Shown: positions 10,635 through 21,336, counted from the first letter of the stretch. The stretch: DNA of 64,000 bases from an uncultured Pelagibacteraceae bacterium (GCA_902576335.1 CACGVC010000005.1:204-64203), one strand, 5' to 3'. The notes: generated by a model not told the origin, from the letters alone. Translations and numbers: made by a program.

Positions 10635-11550
10635 ACCTAGGCACCCTGAAAAAGTAAAAAATCCCATAAATCCAATCAAAAAAAAACCAGATTGGATAAG
10701 ATCAAAACTGATTAATAGCAAAGAGTTTTTTATCACTAAAACTGTCGTAAACAAAAGTAATCTTGTTACTGTTTGCCAAGAAGCTAACTGTCCAAATATA
10801 ACAGAGTGTTGGAGTAAAAGGCATGCCACTTTTATGATAATGGGTGATACATGTACAAGAGCATGTGCATTTTGTGATGTTAAAACTGGTAAGCCCAAAA
10901 AACTTGATCCGTATGAAGACATTAAAATTGCTAATGCGGTTAAAAAACTTAATTTAAGACACGTAGTTATCACATCAGTTGATAGAGATGATCTACCGGA
11001 TGGCGGTTCAAACCATTTTAAAAAAGTAGTCGATACTACAAGAAAGAAAAATCCAAGCACCACAATTGAAGTACTCACTCCAGATTTTCTCAGAAAAGGT
11101 GAATCTTACAAAAAGTTACTTGAGGCTGATTTAGATGTATTCAATCATAATATAGAAACAGTTCCTAGACTTTATTTAAAAGTTAGACCAGGAGCTAGAT
11201 ATTTTGCATCACTTGAACTTCTTAAGAATGCAAAGAAAGATAATAAAAAAGTTTTTACCAAGTCAGGAATTATGGTTGGGCTAGGTGAAGAACATGATGA
11301 AATAGTTCAAGTTATGGATGATTTGAGATGTGCAAATGTTGACTTTATTACTATTGGTCAATATCTACAACCTTCTGTAAAACATCATCCTCTTGAAAGA
11401 TATTACCACCCAGATGAATTTAAAGAATTAGAGTTAATTGCAAAATCAAAGGGGTTCCTTTTAGTTTCATCATCGCCCTTAACAAGATCTTCTTATCATG
11501 CTGATGAAGATTTTGCTAAACTCAAACAAAATAGAATTAATGGTCATTAA
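10618..11550 (+). CDS. lipA: Lipoyl synthase
   Basis: [12 protein letters not shown] and CTRACAFC clusters, RSSYHA. Confidence 0.97.
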   Translation: MTQKIRPRHPEKVKNPINPIKKKPDWIRSKLINSKEFFITKTVVNKSNLVTVCQEANCPNITECWSKRHATFMIMGDTCTRACAFCDVKTGKPKKLDPYEDIKIANAVKKLNLRHVVITSVDRDDLPDGGSNHFKKVVDTTRKKNPSTTIEVLTPDFLRKGESYKKLLEADLDVFNHNIETVPRLYLKVRPGARYFASLELLKNAKKDNKKVFTKSGIMVGLGEEHDEIVQVMDDLRCANVDFITIGQYLQPSVKHHPLERYYHPDEFKELELIAKSKGFLLVSSSPLTRSSYHADEDFAKLKQNRINGH

Positions 11551-12008
11551 TGCCTAAAGCTTCAGTTAAGCGATTAATTGAATGTAAAAAAGAGGATCTA
11601 ATTAAATTAGTTTTAGATATTGAAAAATATCCTGAGTTTGTTCCTTTTTGTTTTGATGCTAAAATTTATGAAAATAAGAATGAGGGCGATTTAACAAAAA
11701 TTATAGCAGACTTAACTATTGGTAAAGGACCTTTTAAAGATACTTATAAAAGTGATGTTGTCTTTGATAAAAGTAAAGATGCTATATTCGTAAAAAATAT
11801 AGATGGACCTTTAAATCATTTGTCAAATAATTGGACATTTATTGATAAAAAAAATGGAATTACAGAAATTACTTTTGATATTGATTTTGAAATTAAAAAT
11901 AAATTTTTGAATTCATTGATGGTTGTTTCATTTCAATTTGGATTAGAGAAAATAGCTGATGCATTTCAAAAGAGAGCTGAAGAGTTATTTAGCAGTCCTA
12001 AAAACTAA
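11550..12008 (+). CDS. ratA: RatA/Coq10 START-domain protein
   Basis: LVLDIEKYPEFVPFC, GPLNHLSNNWTF, AFQKRA. Confidence 0.85.
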   Translation: MPKASVKRLIECKKEDLIKLVLDIEKYPEFVPFCFDAKIYENKNEGDLTKIIADLTIGKGPFKDTYKSDVVFDKSKDAIFVKNIDGPLNHLSNNWTFIDKKNGITEITFDIDFEIKNKFLNSLMVVSFQFGLEKIADAFQKRAEELFSSPKN

Positions 12009-12446
12009 GTTTAATGCTTTTCTAACTGTAGCTTTTTGTATCGAAGACCTATTTTTGGCTTTAAACATACATTTATTCACTTGAATTTTATTACCTTTTT
12101 TAACTCCAATATAAACTAGACCAACAGGTTTTTCTTTAGTACCACCTTTTGGTCCTGCAATACCAGTTATCGAAACATTAATATTGGCTTTAGATATCTT
12201 AGATAAATTTTTGACCATTGCTGAACAACATTGATGACTTACAGCTCCATATTTTTTAATAATATTTTTATTTACTTTTAAAATCTTAATTTTTGCTTGG
12301 TTAGAGTATGTTACAATACCTAAATTAAAAACTTTTGATGCACCATTAATTGAAGTAATAGAGCTAGCTAATAATCCTCCTGTACAAGATTCTGCAAATG
12401 AAATTTTAAGTTTTTTTTTGGTTAGTAGTTTTATTAAAGTTTGCAT
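11985..12446 (-). CDS. cinA: CinA C-terminal domain / NMN deamidase (PncC family)
   Basis: AESCTGG, YGAVS, SITGIAGP, KPVGLVY; start placed at the ATG coupled to the pgpA stop. Confidence 0.9.
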   Translation of the reverse strand: MQTLIKLLTKKKLKISFAESCTGGLLASSITSINGASKVFNLGIVTYSNQAKIKILKVNKNIIKKYGAVSHQCCSAMVKNLSKISKANINVSITGIAGPKGGTKEKPVGLVYIGVKKGNKIQVNKCMFKAKNRSSIQKATVRKALNLVFRTAK

Positions 12447-12949
12447 TAAATAAAATAACTTTTGAAAATCATAAAGCAAATTAATGATAAAACAACATAA
12501 AAACCAGCACAGACATCGTCCATTATTACACCAAAACTATTTTTAAATTTTTTATCGAAAAAATTTACAGGAAATGGTTTTACTATGTCAAAAAATCTGA
12601 ATAAAAAAAAACAAACAGCATAAAAAATAATTGCTTCATCAAAAGATTTTACAGTTCCATGTGAAATCTCATACATATATATTGGTATAGATTGTCCAAT
12701 AAATTCATCAATAATAACTTCTCTTGGATCTTTATTGGTATTATCTTTGATATACAACGCAACAGACTTAAAAGAAAAAAAGAAGATAATTATTAAAAAT
12801 ACAAATATTATAATTGAGGATAAATCTAATACATGAAAAAAAATATATAATAAAATTACAGTTGCTAAAGATCCAAGAGTTCCAGGAATAATTGGTGTCC
12901 TTCCCAACCCAAACATTGTTACAAATAAGGTATTAATATTTTTGATCAT
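12446..12949 (-). CDS. pgpA: Phosphatidylglycerophosphatase A
   Basis: PGTLGS, DPREVIIDEFIG, FRFFDIVKP, GVIMDD. Confidence 0.93.
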   Translation of the reverse strand: MIKNINTLFVTMFGLGRTPIIPGTLGSLATVILLYIFFHVLDLSSIIIFVFLIIIFFFSFKSVALYIKDNTNKDPREVIIDEFIGQSIPIYMYEISHGTVKSFDEAIIFYAVCFFLFRFFDIVKPFPVNFFDKKFKNSFGVIMDDVCAGFYVVLSLICFMIFKSYFI

Positions 12950-14048
12950 ATTTTGTAACTGAGATTATTACTTCACAAGCCATAGCCTTTTCTTTTCCTA
13001 TTAAACCTAATTTTTCTACTGTTTTGCCTTTAAGATTTATCAAATCTTTTTTTAAACTTGTGAGTTTAGATATAGAATTAATTATTCGAGTTCTATATTT
13101 TGATACTTTTGGTTGCTCACAAATTAAATTAATATCTAAATTATTTATAGAAAAATTTGATTTGTAAAGATTTTCTATAACTGGTTTTAACATTTTTGTT
13201 GATCTTATATTCTTATATTTTTTAGTATTTGGAAAATATGTGCCTATATCTTTTCTTCTCAATGCTCCTAAAATAGCATCAGTAATTGCATGTAAAATTA
13301 CATCACCATCAGAATGTCCTTTTAAACCTGAATGAAAAGGTATTTTAGCTCCTCCAAGAAAAAGTTTTTTATTTTTAACTAATCTATGAATATCAAATCC
13401 TAATCCATGGAAAGTTTTTGATGTTCTTATATCATCTAAATAAGTAATCTTATTATTAGAATTTTCACCAGGGATAAATCTTATTTTATAGTTTTGATTT
13501 AAAAACAATGTAGCTTCATCATTAATTTTAGATTTTTCTTTTATTGCAAGTTTATATAATTCTTTAAAATTAAATGCTTGCGGTGTTTGTGTTAATAATA
13601 AATTTTTCCTATTTAAATTAAACACCTCATTTTTAACTTTATATTTGATTGAGTCTCTTGAATTTATTATTGGAACTACAGCCTTATTTTTTTTTAAATT
13701 TTTTGAGATATTTTTAAGCAATTTTATTGAAAAATTTGGTCTTGCAGCATCATGGATATAAATATTTTTTGGATTATATTTCTTAATGTATTTTAGTGCA
13801 TTTAATGAGGAATCTGACCTTTCTTTACCACCCTTAATGATAGTTACTAATTTTGAATATTTCTTCTTTTTTAGGTATCCTAAATTATTTGATACAATAA
13901 TTATCTTTTTGAATAATTTTGAATTTAACGATTTCTCTACAGAATGATCTATAATATCCTTATTTTTATATTTGTAGAATTGTTTAGGTAAATTTTTACC
14001 AAATCTCTTACCTTTTCCAGCTGCCAATATTACAAAATAGTTGTTCAT
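12933..14048 (-). CDS. ispDF: Bifunctional IspD/IspF
   Basis: ILAAGKGKRF, IHDAARP, QTPQAF (IspD); GFDIHRL, GHSDGDVILHA (IspF). Confidence 0.95.
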   Translation of the reverse strand: MNNYFVILAAGKGKRFGKNLPKQFYKYKNKDIIDHSVEKSLNSKLFKKIIIVSNNLGYLKKKKYSKLVTIIKGGKERSDSSLNALKYIKKYNPKNIYIHDAARPNFSIKLLKNISKNLKKNKAVVPIINSRDSIKYKVKNEVFNLNRKNLLLTQTPQAFNFKELYKLAIKEKSKINDEATLFLNQNYKIRFIPGENSNNKITYLDDIRTSKTFHGLGFDIHRLVKNKKLFLGGAKIPFHSGLKGHSDGDVILHAITDAILGALRRKDIGTYFPNTKKYKNIRSTKMLKPVIENLYKSNFSINNLDINLICEQPKVSKYRTRIINSISKLTSLKKDLINLKGKTVEKLGLIGKEKAMACEVIISVTKYDQKY

Positions 14049-14074
14049 TTGTTTAAATACTATAATTCTAAATC

Positions 14075-15862
14075 ATGTTAGATTTTTTGAAAAAAAATAT
14101 TTTTATAATCATTCTGTCTACTATCACACTATTTATTGGTTTTTTAACATTTTTAACATTCATTGATCGAAGTTTCATTGAATTAAATCAAAATAACTTA
14201 CAATTTTTATTAATTCTTAACATCATTTTACTTTTTTTATTATTTGCTTTCATTTTTGTTGAAATCAAAAAATCCATAAAAAATGATATCGACAAAGATG
14301 GTTTGAATTCTAATAAAAAATATATAACTTATTTTTCACTTTTTACACTGATACCCTCAATATTGATTTCAATATTTTCATTATTCTTATTCTCTTTTGC
14401 TTTAGAAAAGTATTTTGATAAAAAAGTAACAACGGTTGTAAATAATTCATATGAACTAGCAAAAAATTATGTTCAAGAGGTAAGAAATAAAGTTGAGGCA
14501 GATATTATATTGATCGCTTTTGATACTAACAAAAGTGCTAATTTTTTAAATAATGATGAAAAAGAATATTTTAGATTCTTGAGAACCCAAAAACTAATAA
14601 GAAATGTCGATGAAATACATATTATTGATAAAGATAAAAAGTTATTATTTACATCGGAACAAAAGAATAAATATCGCCCTCCAGTGGATAAGGCATTAAA
14701 CCTAGTTTTAGATGATGATCGCCCTTTAAAAATCGTTGATGCTCAAAACAACATATCTGGAGCGATTATAAGATTACAAGCTTTTGAAGATCGTTTTTTA
14801 TATGTCATAAAATTTTTAGATGAAAATATTTCTTCATATTTATCTGAGTCTCAAGAGGCAATCAATTTTTACTATACCGTAGAAGAAAGAAGCACTGGGA
14901 TTAAGATTTCATTTATTTTAATTTATATAATAATAGTAACTTTATTATTATTCATATCGATTACTATTGCTATTAGATTTTCATCTAGATTTTTTAGATC
15001 TATCAATAATCTGATACTGGCATCTACAGAAATCGGACAAGGAAATTTAGACTCGAAAGTGCCTGAGATTAAAACAGATAAGGATATGGAAATTTTGAAT
15101 AAAAATTTTAATTCAATGATAAGTAGACTTAAAAACCAACAAGAAAAATTGATTATCAATGAAAGATATAAAGCTTGGGGTAATCTATCCAGAAAATTAG
15201 CTCATGAAATTAAAAACCCTTTAACTCCAATTCAATTAACTATCGATAGAATAAAGGATAAATATACAAATAAAATTTCAAATGAGGACCAAGCTCATTT
15301 TAAAGAAAATTTAAAAATTATTAATAATCAAATTAAACAGATTGAAAATCTTGTAAATGAATTTTCTGATTTTGCAAGAATGCCAAAACCAATTTTTAAG
15401 AAAAATGATTTAAATAAACTATTAAAAGAAAATATTAAATTACTTTCCGAGATAGATAGCTCGATAAAATTAGAGCTTAGATCTAAAAAGTATCAGACAA
15501 TCCTAGAATGTGATAGAGAACAAATAAATAGAGTATTTTTTAATTTAATTAAAAATTCTATAGAGAGTATTCAGCAAAAATCTGATAAAAACCCCAATTT
15601 TGATAAGAAAATATTAATTGAAATTCTGGATAATAATGACCATATTCAAATTATTCTCATAGATAATGGTATCGGATTTAATAGCTTAAATAATAGGATT
15701 GATGAAATTTTTACACCATATTTTACTACTAAAAAAAATGGAACAGGGTTAGGTTTATCAATTGTAAATAAAATCATAAATGATCATGGAGGCGAAATCA
15801 ATTTTTACCCTATAAAAGATGGTGCGAAAATAGAAATTGATTTTAATAAAAGATGGCAATAG
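14075..15862 (+). CDS. ntrY: Sensor histidine kinase NtrY
   Basis: Several TMs, HAMP, AHEIKNPLTPIQL H-box, DNGIG, PYFTTK..GTGLGL; coupled to ntrX. Confidence 0.9.
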   Translation: MLDFLKKNIFIIILSTITLFIGFLTFLTFIDRSFIELNQNNLQFLLILNIILLFLLFAFIFVEIKKSIKNDIDKDGLNSNKKYITYFSLFTLIPSILISIFSLFLFSFALEKYFDKKVTTVVNNSYELAKNYVQEVRNKVEADIILIAFDTNKSANFLNNDEKEYFRFLRTQKLIRNVDEIHIIDKDKKLLFTSEQKNKYRPPVDKALNLVLDDDRPLKIVDAQNNISGAIIRLQAFEDRFLYVIKFLDENISSYLSESQEAINFYYTVEERSTGIKISFILIYIIIVTLLLFISITIAIRFSSRFFRSINNLILASTEIGQGNLDSKVPEIKTDKDMEILNKNFNSMISRLKNQQEKLIINERYKAWGNLSRKLAHEIKNPLTPIQLTIDRIKDKYTNKISNEDQAHFKENLKIINNQIKQIENLVNEFSDFARMPKPIFKKNDLNKLLKENIKLLSEIDSSIKLELRSKKYQTILECDREQINRVFFNLIKNSIESIQQKSDKNPNFDKKILIEILDNNDHIQIILIDNGIGFNSLNNRIDEIFTPYFTTKKNGTGLGLSIVNKIINDHGGEINFYPIKDGAKIEIDFNKRWQ

Positions 15863-17208
15863 AAATTTTAATAGTTGATGATAACGCAGATATAAGAAAT
15901 ATTCTCAAAGAATTAATACTTGATGCAGGATATAAAACTAGAGTTGCTGCAAATTACAATCAAGCACTCACAGAAATAAATAAAAAAATGCCAGATGTTG
16001 CGATTCTAGACGTCAAATTAGACAAAGGCGATAATGATGGTATTGAATTATTGTCTCATATTAAATCAAAAAATAATGACGTGCCAGTAATTATAATAAC
16101 AGGCCACGCTAATGTGGAACTTGCAGTAAGTGCGCTCAAACATGGAGCATTTGAATTTATAGAGAAACCTTTTGATAAAACAAGACTTTTAAATTTTGTA
16201 AAAAGAGCTGTTGAAAATTTAAATTTGAAATCACAGAATAAAGAATATGAAACAAAGTTATTTTATTCATATGATTTAGTTGGTGATAGTAAAAATATAT
16301 CCTCAATAAGAGATCAAATAGAAAAAATTTCAATTACAGAAAGTCGTATTTTAATAAATGGACCTTCAGGTTCAGGAAAAGAATTAATAGCTAGAAAAAT
16401 CCATAAAAGATCTAAGAGGAATAATAAACCTTTTATTATTCTAAATGGTGCTTTACTTGACTCAAATAAATATGAATTAGAGTTATTTGGAGAGGAAAAA
16501 GAAAATGGTTCTATATCTTATGGTGCTCTAGAAAAAGCTAATGAAGGAACGTTGTTAATTGATCAAGTTTCAGAAATCCCATTGGCAATACAATCAAAAA
16601 TTTTAAGAGTTTTAACCGATCAAAAATTTAAAAGATTAAATGGAAATAGTGACATAAACGTAAATGTTAGAATTATTTGTTCGTCAAGTAAAGATTTAAA
16701 AGAAGAAATAAAAATAGGTAATTTCAGAGAAGATCTTTACCATCGTTTAAATGTATTTGAAATAAATGTAAAACCTCTGAATGAAAGAATTTCAGACATA
16801 CCATTATTGATAGATTATTTCTCTAGTATAATCTCTGAAAGCTATAGTATTAGTAAGCTTGATATCGATTCTGATGATAGTTATATTTTAAATCATAATT
16901 GGAAGGGTAATGTAAGAGAATTAAGAAATTTGATTGAAAGAATAGCCATTTTACAGCCAGACTCAAAAGACAAAGTATCAAATATTGTCAAAGAATCTCT
17001 TAAAAATGATAGTTATGTTGAAAAAGTAAATGAAAATACTCTTTCCGTGCCATTAAAAGAAGCTAGAGAAAAGTTTGAAAAAGAGTATTTAACAATGCAA
17101 CTTAAAAAATTTAATGGAAATATATCTAAAACGGCAAATTTTGTAGGAATGGAAAGAAGTGCTCTTCATAGAAAGCTTAAAGTCTTAGGGATTAAAGAGT
17201 TTAATTGA
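15853..17208 (+). CDS. ntrX: NtrX response regulator (REC-AAA-HTH)
   Basis: ILIVDD, GPSGSGKELIAR, FREDLYHRLNV, GMERSALHRKL; lacks GAFTGA as NtrX proteins do. Confidence 0.92.
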   Translation: MAIEILIVDDNADIRNILKELILDAGYKTRVAANYNQALTEINKKMPDVAILDVKLDKGDNDGIELLSHIKSKNNDVPVIIITGHANVELAVSALKHGAFEFIEKPFDKTRLLNFVKRAVENLNLKSQNKEYETKLFYSYDLVGDSKNISSIRDQIEKISITESRILINGPSGSGKELIARKIHKRSKRNNKPFIILNGALLDSNKYELELFGEEKENGSISYGALEKANEGTLLIDQVSEIPLAIQSKILRVLTDQKFKRLNGNSDINVNVRIICSSSKDLKEEIKIGNFREDLYHRLNVFEINVKPLNERISDIPLLIDYFSSIISESYSISKLDIDSDDSYILNHNWKGNVRELRNLIERIAILQPDSKDKVSNIVKESLKNDSYVEKVNENTLSVPLKEAREKFEKEYLTMQLKKFNGNISKTANFVGMERSALHRKLKVLGIKEFN

Positions 17209-18600
17209 ATGAATATTATTATTTGTGGGGCAGGTAGAGTAGGGTTTACCATTGCAAAACTGTTAAGTGACCAGGGTCATTCTATTACTGTAATTGATCA
17301 ATCTAGTGAAGACATTCAAAAAATAAATGATAGTTTGGATGTTAAAGCCATAGTAGGAAAAGCAACATATCCATCAATTCTTGAGAAAGCTAACGCACCA
17401 GAAACAGATATGATAATTGCTGTTACCAGAAATGATGAAATTAATATGTTAATTTGTCAAATAGCTTATTCAATTTTTAATATACCTAAAAAAATTGCTA
17501 GAATAAGATCCCAGGACTATTTAAATCCTAAATTTACGAGAGTGTATAGCAAAGAAAACTTACCTATCGATGTCATAATTTCACCAGAGATAGAAATTGC
17601 AAAATCTATTCAAAGAAAATTAGAGGCTCCTGGAGCTTTAGATAGTGTTCCTTTCACTGATAACAAAATTAGGTTACTTGAAATTTTGATTAGGAAAAAT
17701 TGTGAGTCTATTGATGTTAAATTTAATGAATTAACAAAAAAATACCCAAAGTTAGAAGCTAATGTTATTGCAATTAATCGAGATGAAAAATTCTTTATAC
17801 CCAAAAAAACAGATGCTGTAAAAGAAGGAGATAAAATTTATGTAATTATTAATTCTTTACAGATGGGGGAAACATTGCAAGCTTTTGGTCACAACGAACG
17901 AATATCAAAAAAGATTTTGATAATTGGGGGTGGAAATATCGGTTTCAATTTAGCAAAAAACATAGAGGAAACTCTTGATACTGTAAGAGTTAAAATTGTT
18001 GAGAAAAATAAAGATCGAGCTGAATATTTGGCAAGTCAACTTAATGATACAATTGTTATTAATGGTGATGGTCTAGATGAAGAAGTTTTGGCGGAGGCTA
18101 ATATGGAAGAATCTGAAACTGTTTTGGCGCTAACCAACGATGATGAAGATAATTTGATGGTTAGTGTTTTAGTTGAAAAATTTACCAAAGATCAAAAAGA
18201 TATAGAGGAAAAAAGAACCATGGCTTTAGTTAATAAACCAAATTATGCATTGCTACAATCATCTTTAAAGATTGATGATTTAATTGATCCAAGAATGAGT
18301 ACAGTCTCAAGTATTTTGAAACATGTACATAAGGGAACTATTGAAAATGCTTATACGGTATCAAATGGTGAATTTGAAATTATTGAAGCAGAGGTTATTG
18401 AGACGTCTGAACTAATTAATAAAGAATTAAAAAATTCAAATCTTCCAAATGAATTAAGAATTGGCGCCATATTAAGAAATGAAAAAGTAATTATTCCAAG
18501 ATCAGATTTTATTTTTAAAAAAGATGATAAAGTCGTCTTTATTGTTAAAAAAGATACAATACCTTTTGTAGAAAATATTTTCAGATTAAGTTCAGTTTAA
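17209..18600 (+). CDS. trkA: Trk K+ uptake NAD-binding subunit
   Basis: Two RCK domains (ICGAGRVG; IIGGGNIG), IARIR, DVIISPE. Confidence 0.95.
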   Translation: MNIIICGAGRVGFTIAKLLSDQGHSITVIDQSSEDIQKINDSLDVKAIVGKATYPSILEKANAPETDMIIAVTRNDEINMLICQIAYSIFNIPKKIARIRSQDYLNPKFTRVYSKENLPIDVIISPEIEIAKSIQRKLEAPGALDSVPFTDNKIRLLEILIRKNCESIDVKFNELTKKYPKLEANVIAINRDEKFFIPKKTDAVKEGDKIYVIINSLQMGETLQAFGHNERISKKILIIGGGNIGFNLAKNIEETLDTVRVKIVEKNKDRAEYLASQLNDTIVINGDGLDEEVLAEANMEESETVLALTNDDEDNLMVSVLVEKFTKDQKDIEEKRTMALVNKPNYALLQSSLKIDDLIDPRMSTVSSILKHVHKGTIENAYTVSNGEFEIIEAEVIETSELINKELKNSNLPNELRIGAILRNEKVIIPRSDFIFKKDDKVVFIVKKDTIPFVENIFRLSSV

Positions 18601-18604
18601 GTAG

Positions 18605-20011
18605 ATGATAAAACTACAGGTTAAATATCTAAGCTTCTTTTTTGCACTTATTTCTTTATTATCTTTTTTTAACATAATCTATTCTTATTATCTTAATTTT
18701 TACTTAAATTTAAATACTTACTATTACTGTTTAATTTCTTCTATTTGCCTTTCAGTATTATTTTTTAAAATTAAATCTCGCGAAAAGAAATTTTCTATTT
18801 TTGATAAGATACTAACAGTTTTTTTTGGGTATTTACTAATACCTCTTGTTCTATCAATACCTTTTTATTTTAGTATATATAATTTAACTTTTTTAAATTC
18901 TTATTTTGAGGCTATTTCCGGTTTTACATCTACTGGATTTAGTATTTTTGATAACATTAAGCATATAGACCAAAGTATTATTTTGTGGAGATCTTCTACT
19001 CAATGGATAGGTGGTTTGTATTTTTTATTTTCGATTATATTCTTAATAGATATATACGACGAAAGCTTTAAAAAATCTTTAACTAATTATCTATCATTTG
19101 ATAGTGGTGAAATTTTCAAACAAGCTTTAAAAATTTTTTTATTATATTCTTTTTTGACGCTAGTAATTTTTTTAATTTTAAATATTTTTTCTGTACGGTC
19201 TTTCAATTCATTAAACTTAGCATTTAGCTTAATTTCATCGGGCGGTTTTTTACCTGATAATGATCTCTCAAATATCATTAAAAATAATTCACAGATTATA
19301 ATATTATCTATACTTATGTTATTTTCCTTTTTTAGTATTTTTTTTAGTTATAATTTAGTTTTTTTAAAAAATAGAAATATTAATTTTTTTTATGAAGACC
19401 TTCATTTAATAGTATATCTTACAATAGTCGTATTAATTTTTCTTTTGTTTTTTAGTTTCAACAAGGAATTTTTTGTGAATTTTTTGGCTATTATAAGTAG
19501 TATGTCAAATATTGGTTTTTCATTAAAATCAGATCAATCAAATATGAGTTTGGTTTTTTTAATTTTAGTAATAATTGGTGGTTCTTTCTTCTCAACAAGT
19601 TCTGGTCTTAGATTTGTAAAAATTTACTCCTTATTTAAATATTCAATTAATCAAATCTTATCGTTCAGCAAACCCAAGAATGTTTTTATGAATAAATTGA
19701 TATTTACAAATATTAATTTTGATTTTAATGAAATTAATAAATATTTTTTAACAATTATTATATTCATTATGTCACTTTTTATATTTACTTCTATACTGAG
19801 TATTAGTGGAATAAGTTTTGAAAATTCTTTTAAATTATCTATTTTAACTTTAATGAATACAGTAAATTCATCCATATATGGATTAACGGATTTTAATTTT
19901 AATAATTTACATTTTTTAATAAAATATTGTTTTATTTTATTTATGATTATTGGTAGAATTGAGTTATTAACAATCTTGCTAATTTTAAAAAAATTTTTAT
20001 TTAAAAATTAA
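18605..20011 (+). CDS. trkH: TrkH-type K+ transporter membrane subunit (divergent)
   Basis: FEAISGFTSTGFS, WRSSTQWIGG, IIGG..FSTSSGLR, MIIGRIE. Confidence 0.85.
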   Translation: MIKLQVKYLSFFFALISLLSFFNIIYSYYLNFYLNLNTYYYCLISSICLSVLFFKIKSREKKFSIFDKILTVFFGYLLIPLVLSIPFYFSIYNLTFLNSYFEAISGFTSTGFSIFDNIKHIDQSIILWRSSTQWIGGLYFLFSIIFLIDIYDESFKKSLTNYLSFDSGEIFKQALKIFLLYSFLTLVIFLILNIFSVRSFNSLNLAFSLISSGGFLPDNDLSNIIKNNSQIIILSILMLFSFFSIFFSYNLVFLKNRNINFFYEDLHLIVYLTIVVLIFLLFFSFNKEFFVNFLAIISSMSNIGFSLKSDQSNMSLVFLILVIIGGSFFSTSSGLRFVKIYSLFKYSINQILSFSKPKNVFMNKLIFTNINFDFNEINKYFLTIIIFIMSLFIFTSILSISGISFENSFKLSILTLMNTVNSSIYGLTDFNFNNLHFLIKYCFILFMIIGRIELLTILLILKKFLFKN

Positions 20012-20041
20012 TATATAATTGATATGTATCAGTTATATTAT

Positions 20042-20118
20042 GCGCCCTTAGCTCAGCTGGATAGAGCATCGGTTTTCTAAACCGAGGGTCGTAGGTTCGA
20101 ATCCTTCAGGGCGCGCCA
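20042..20118 (+). tRNA. tRNA-Arg (anticodon TCT)
   Basis: Cloverleaf GCGCCCT...AGGGCGC-GCCA; anticodon arm TCGGT-TTTCTAA-ACCGA; GTTCGAAT T-loop. Confidence 0.96.
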
Positions 20119-20295
20119 ATATTCGCAATTTTTTTATATTTTTTCCCCATAATTTACTTGACTTATCTTTTCTAAAATAACTTTTCTTAAAATCTTTTTC
20201 TTGAAGAGCGTTTTTTTACATGGTTAAATTGAGGATATTCAAAACGTTGTTTTGAATTATTTGTTAACAAATAAATAATAACAGAAGGAAGAATA

Positions 20296-21336
20296 ATGTT
20301 TAAATACTTAAAACAATTAACTTCTTTAGTTGCTATGGTAGCTGTGTTGTTTACTTTTACAACAGAGTCTATGGCTGCTAAAAAATCTAAAACACTTAAA
20401 AACACTCAAAAAAAGGGTTTTGTAAGATGTGGAGTATCTCAAGGTCTTCCAGGATTTTCTAATGCTGATGCTGCAGGAAATTGGACTGGTGTTGACGTTG
20501 ATGTATGTAGAGCAGTAGCTGCTGCAGTATTAGGTGATGCAAACAAAGTTAAGTTTACACCACTAAGTGCCAAAGAAAGATTTACAGCTCTTACATCTGG
20601 TGAGATTGATATCTTATCAAGAAACACAACTTGGACACTTTCTAGAGATGCTGATATCGGACTTACTTTCGTAGGTGTAAACTTTTACGATGGTCAAGGT
20701 TTCATGGTAAGAAAAAGTTCAGGTATTACTTCAACAGGACAATTCAAAGATGGTATCTCAGCTTGTACAAACATTGGTACAACAACTGAGTTAAATATGA
20801 GAGATTTCTTTAATTCCAAAGGAATCAAGTATGAGCCAGTAGCGTTTGAAAAAGCTGATGAAGTCGTAGCTGCTTACGATGCAGGTAGATGTGATACTTA
20901 CACTACTGATAAATCTGGTTTAGCTGCTCAAAGAACAAAAATGAAGAACCCAGATGAACACATTGTTTTACCAGAGACTATTTCTAAAGAACCTTTAGGA
21001 CCAGTTGTAAGACAAGGTGACTCAGTTTGGGAAGATATCGTAAGATGGTCTTTGAACACAATGATCGAAGCTGAAGAATATGGAATTACTTCAGCAAATG
21101 CAGACATGATGAAAACTTCTGACAATCCAGCAATCAAAAGATTAGTTGGAGCTGAAGGTGAATTAGGTGCTGCTTTTGGTCTAGACAATGACTGGAGCTT
21201 AAGAATTATCAAACAAGTTGGTAATTACGGTGAAAGCTATAAGAGAAATATTGCTGACACTGGAATTTTACCAGATAGAGGTCCAAACCAATTATGGACA
21301 AAAGGCGGAATACTTTACGTTCCACCTGCAAGATAA
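20296..21336 (+). CDS. aapJ: General L-amino acid ABC transporter substrate-binding protein (AapJ/BztA/YhdW)
   Basis: Signal peptide, CGVSQGLPGFS, GVDVDVCRAVAAA, LSRNTTWT, ISKEPLGP, GNYGE. Confidence 0.93.
   Translation: MFKYLKQLTSLVAMVAVLFTFTTESMAAKKSKTLKNTQKKGFVRCGVSQGLPGFSNADAAGNWTGVDVDVCRAVAAAVLGDANKVKFTPLSAKERFTALTSGEIDILSRNTTWTLSRDADIGLTFVGVNFYDGQGFMVRKSSGITSTGQFKDGISACTNIGTTTELNMRDFFNSKGIKYEPVAFEKADEVVAAYDAGRCDTYTTDKSGLAAQRTKMKNPDEHIVLPETISKEPLGPVVRQGDSVWEDIVRWSLNTMIEAEEYGITSANADMMKTSDNPAIKRLVGAEGELGAAFGLDNDWSLRIIKQVGNYGESYKRNIADTGILPDRGPNQLWTKGGILYVPPAR

Noticed and set aside
10578-11078. 166-aa minus-strand ORF and similar 60-150 aa antisense ORFs throughout the window
   Set aside because: Nested opposite well-supported genes, with no motifs; expected shadow ORFs
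11550-12008. ratA as a toxin-antitoxin module
   Set aside because: No cognate partner gene adjacent; lipA-ratA is a conserved housekeeping arrangement (Coq10-like)
20187-20405. 72-aa minus-strand ORF over the aapJ start
   Set aside because: Antisense shadow of aapJ and its leader
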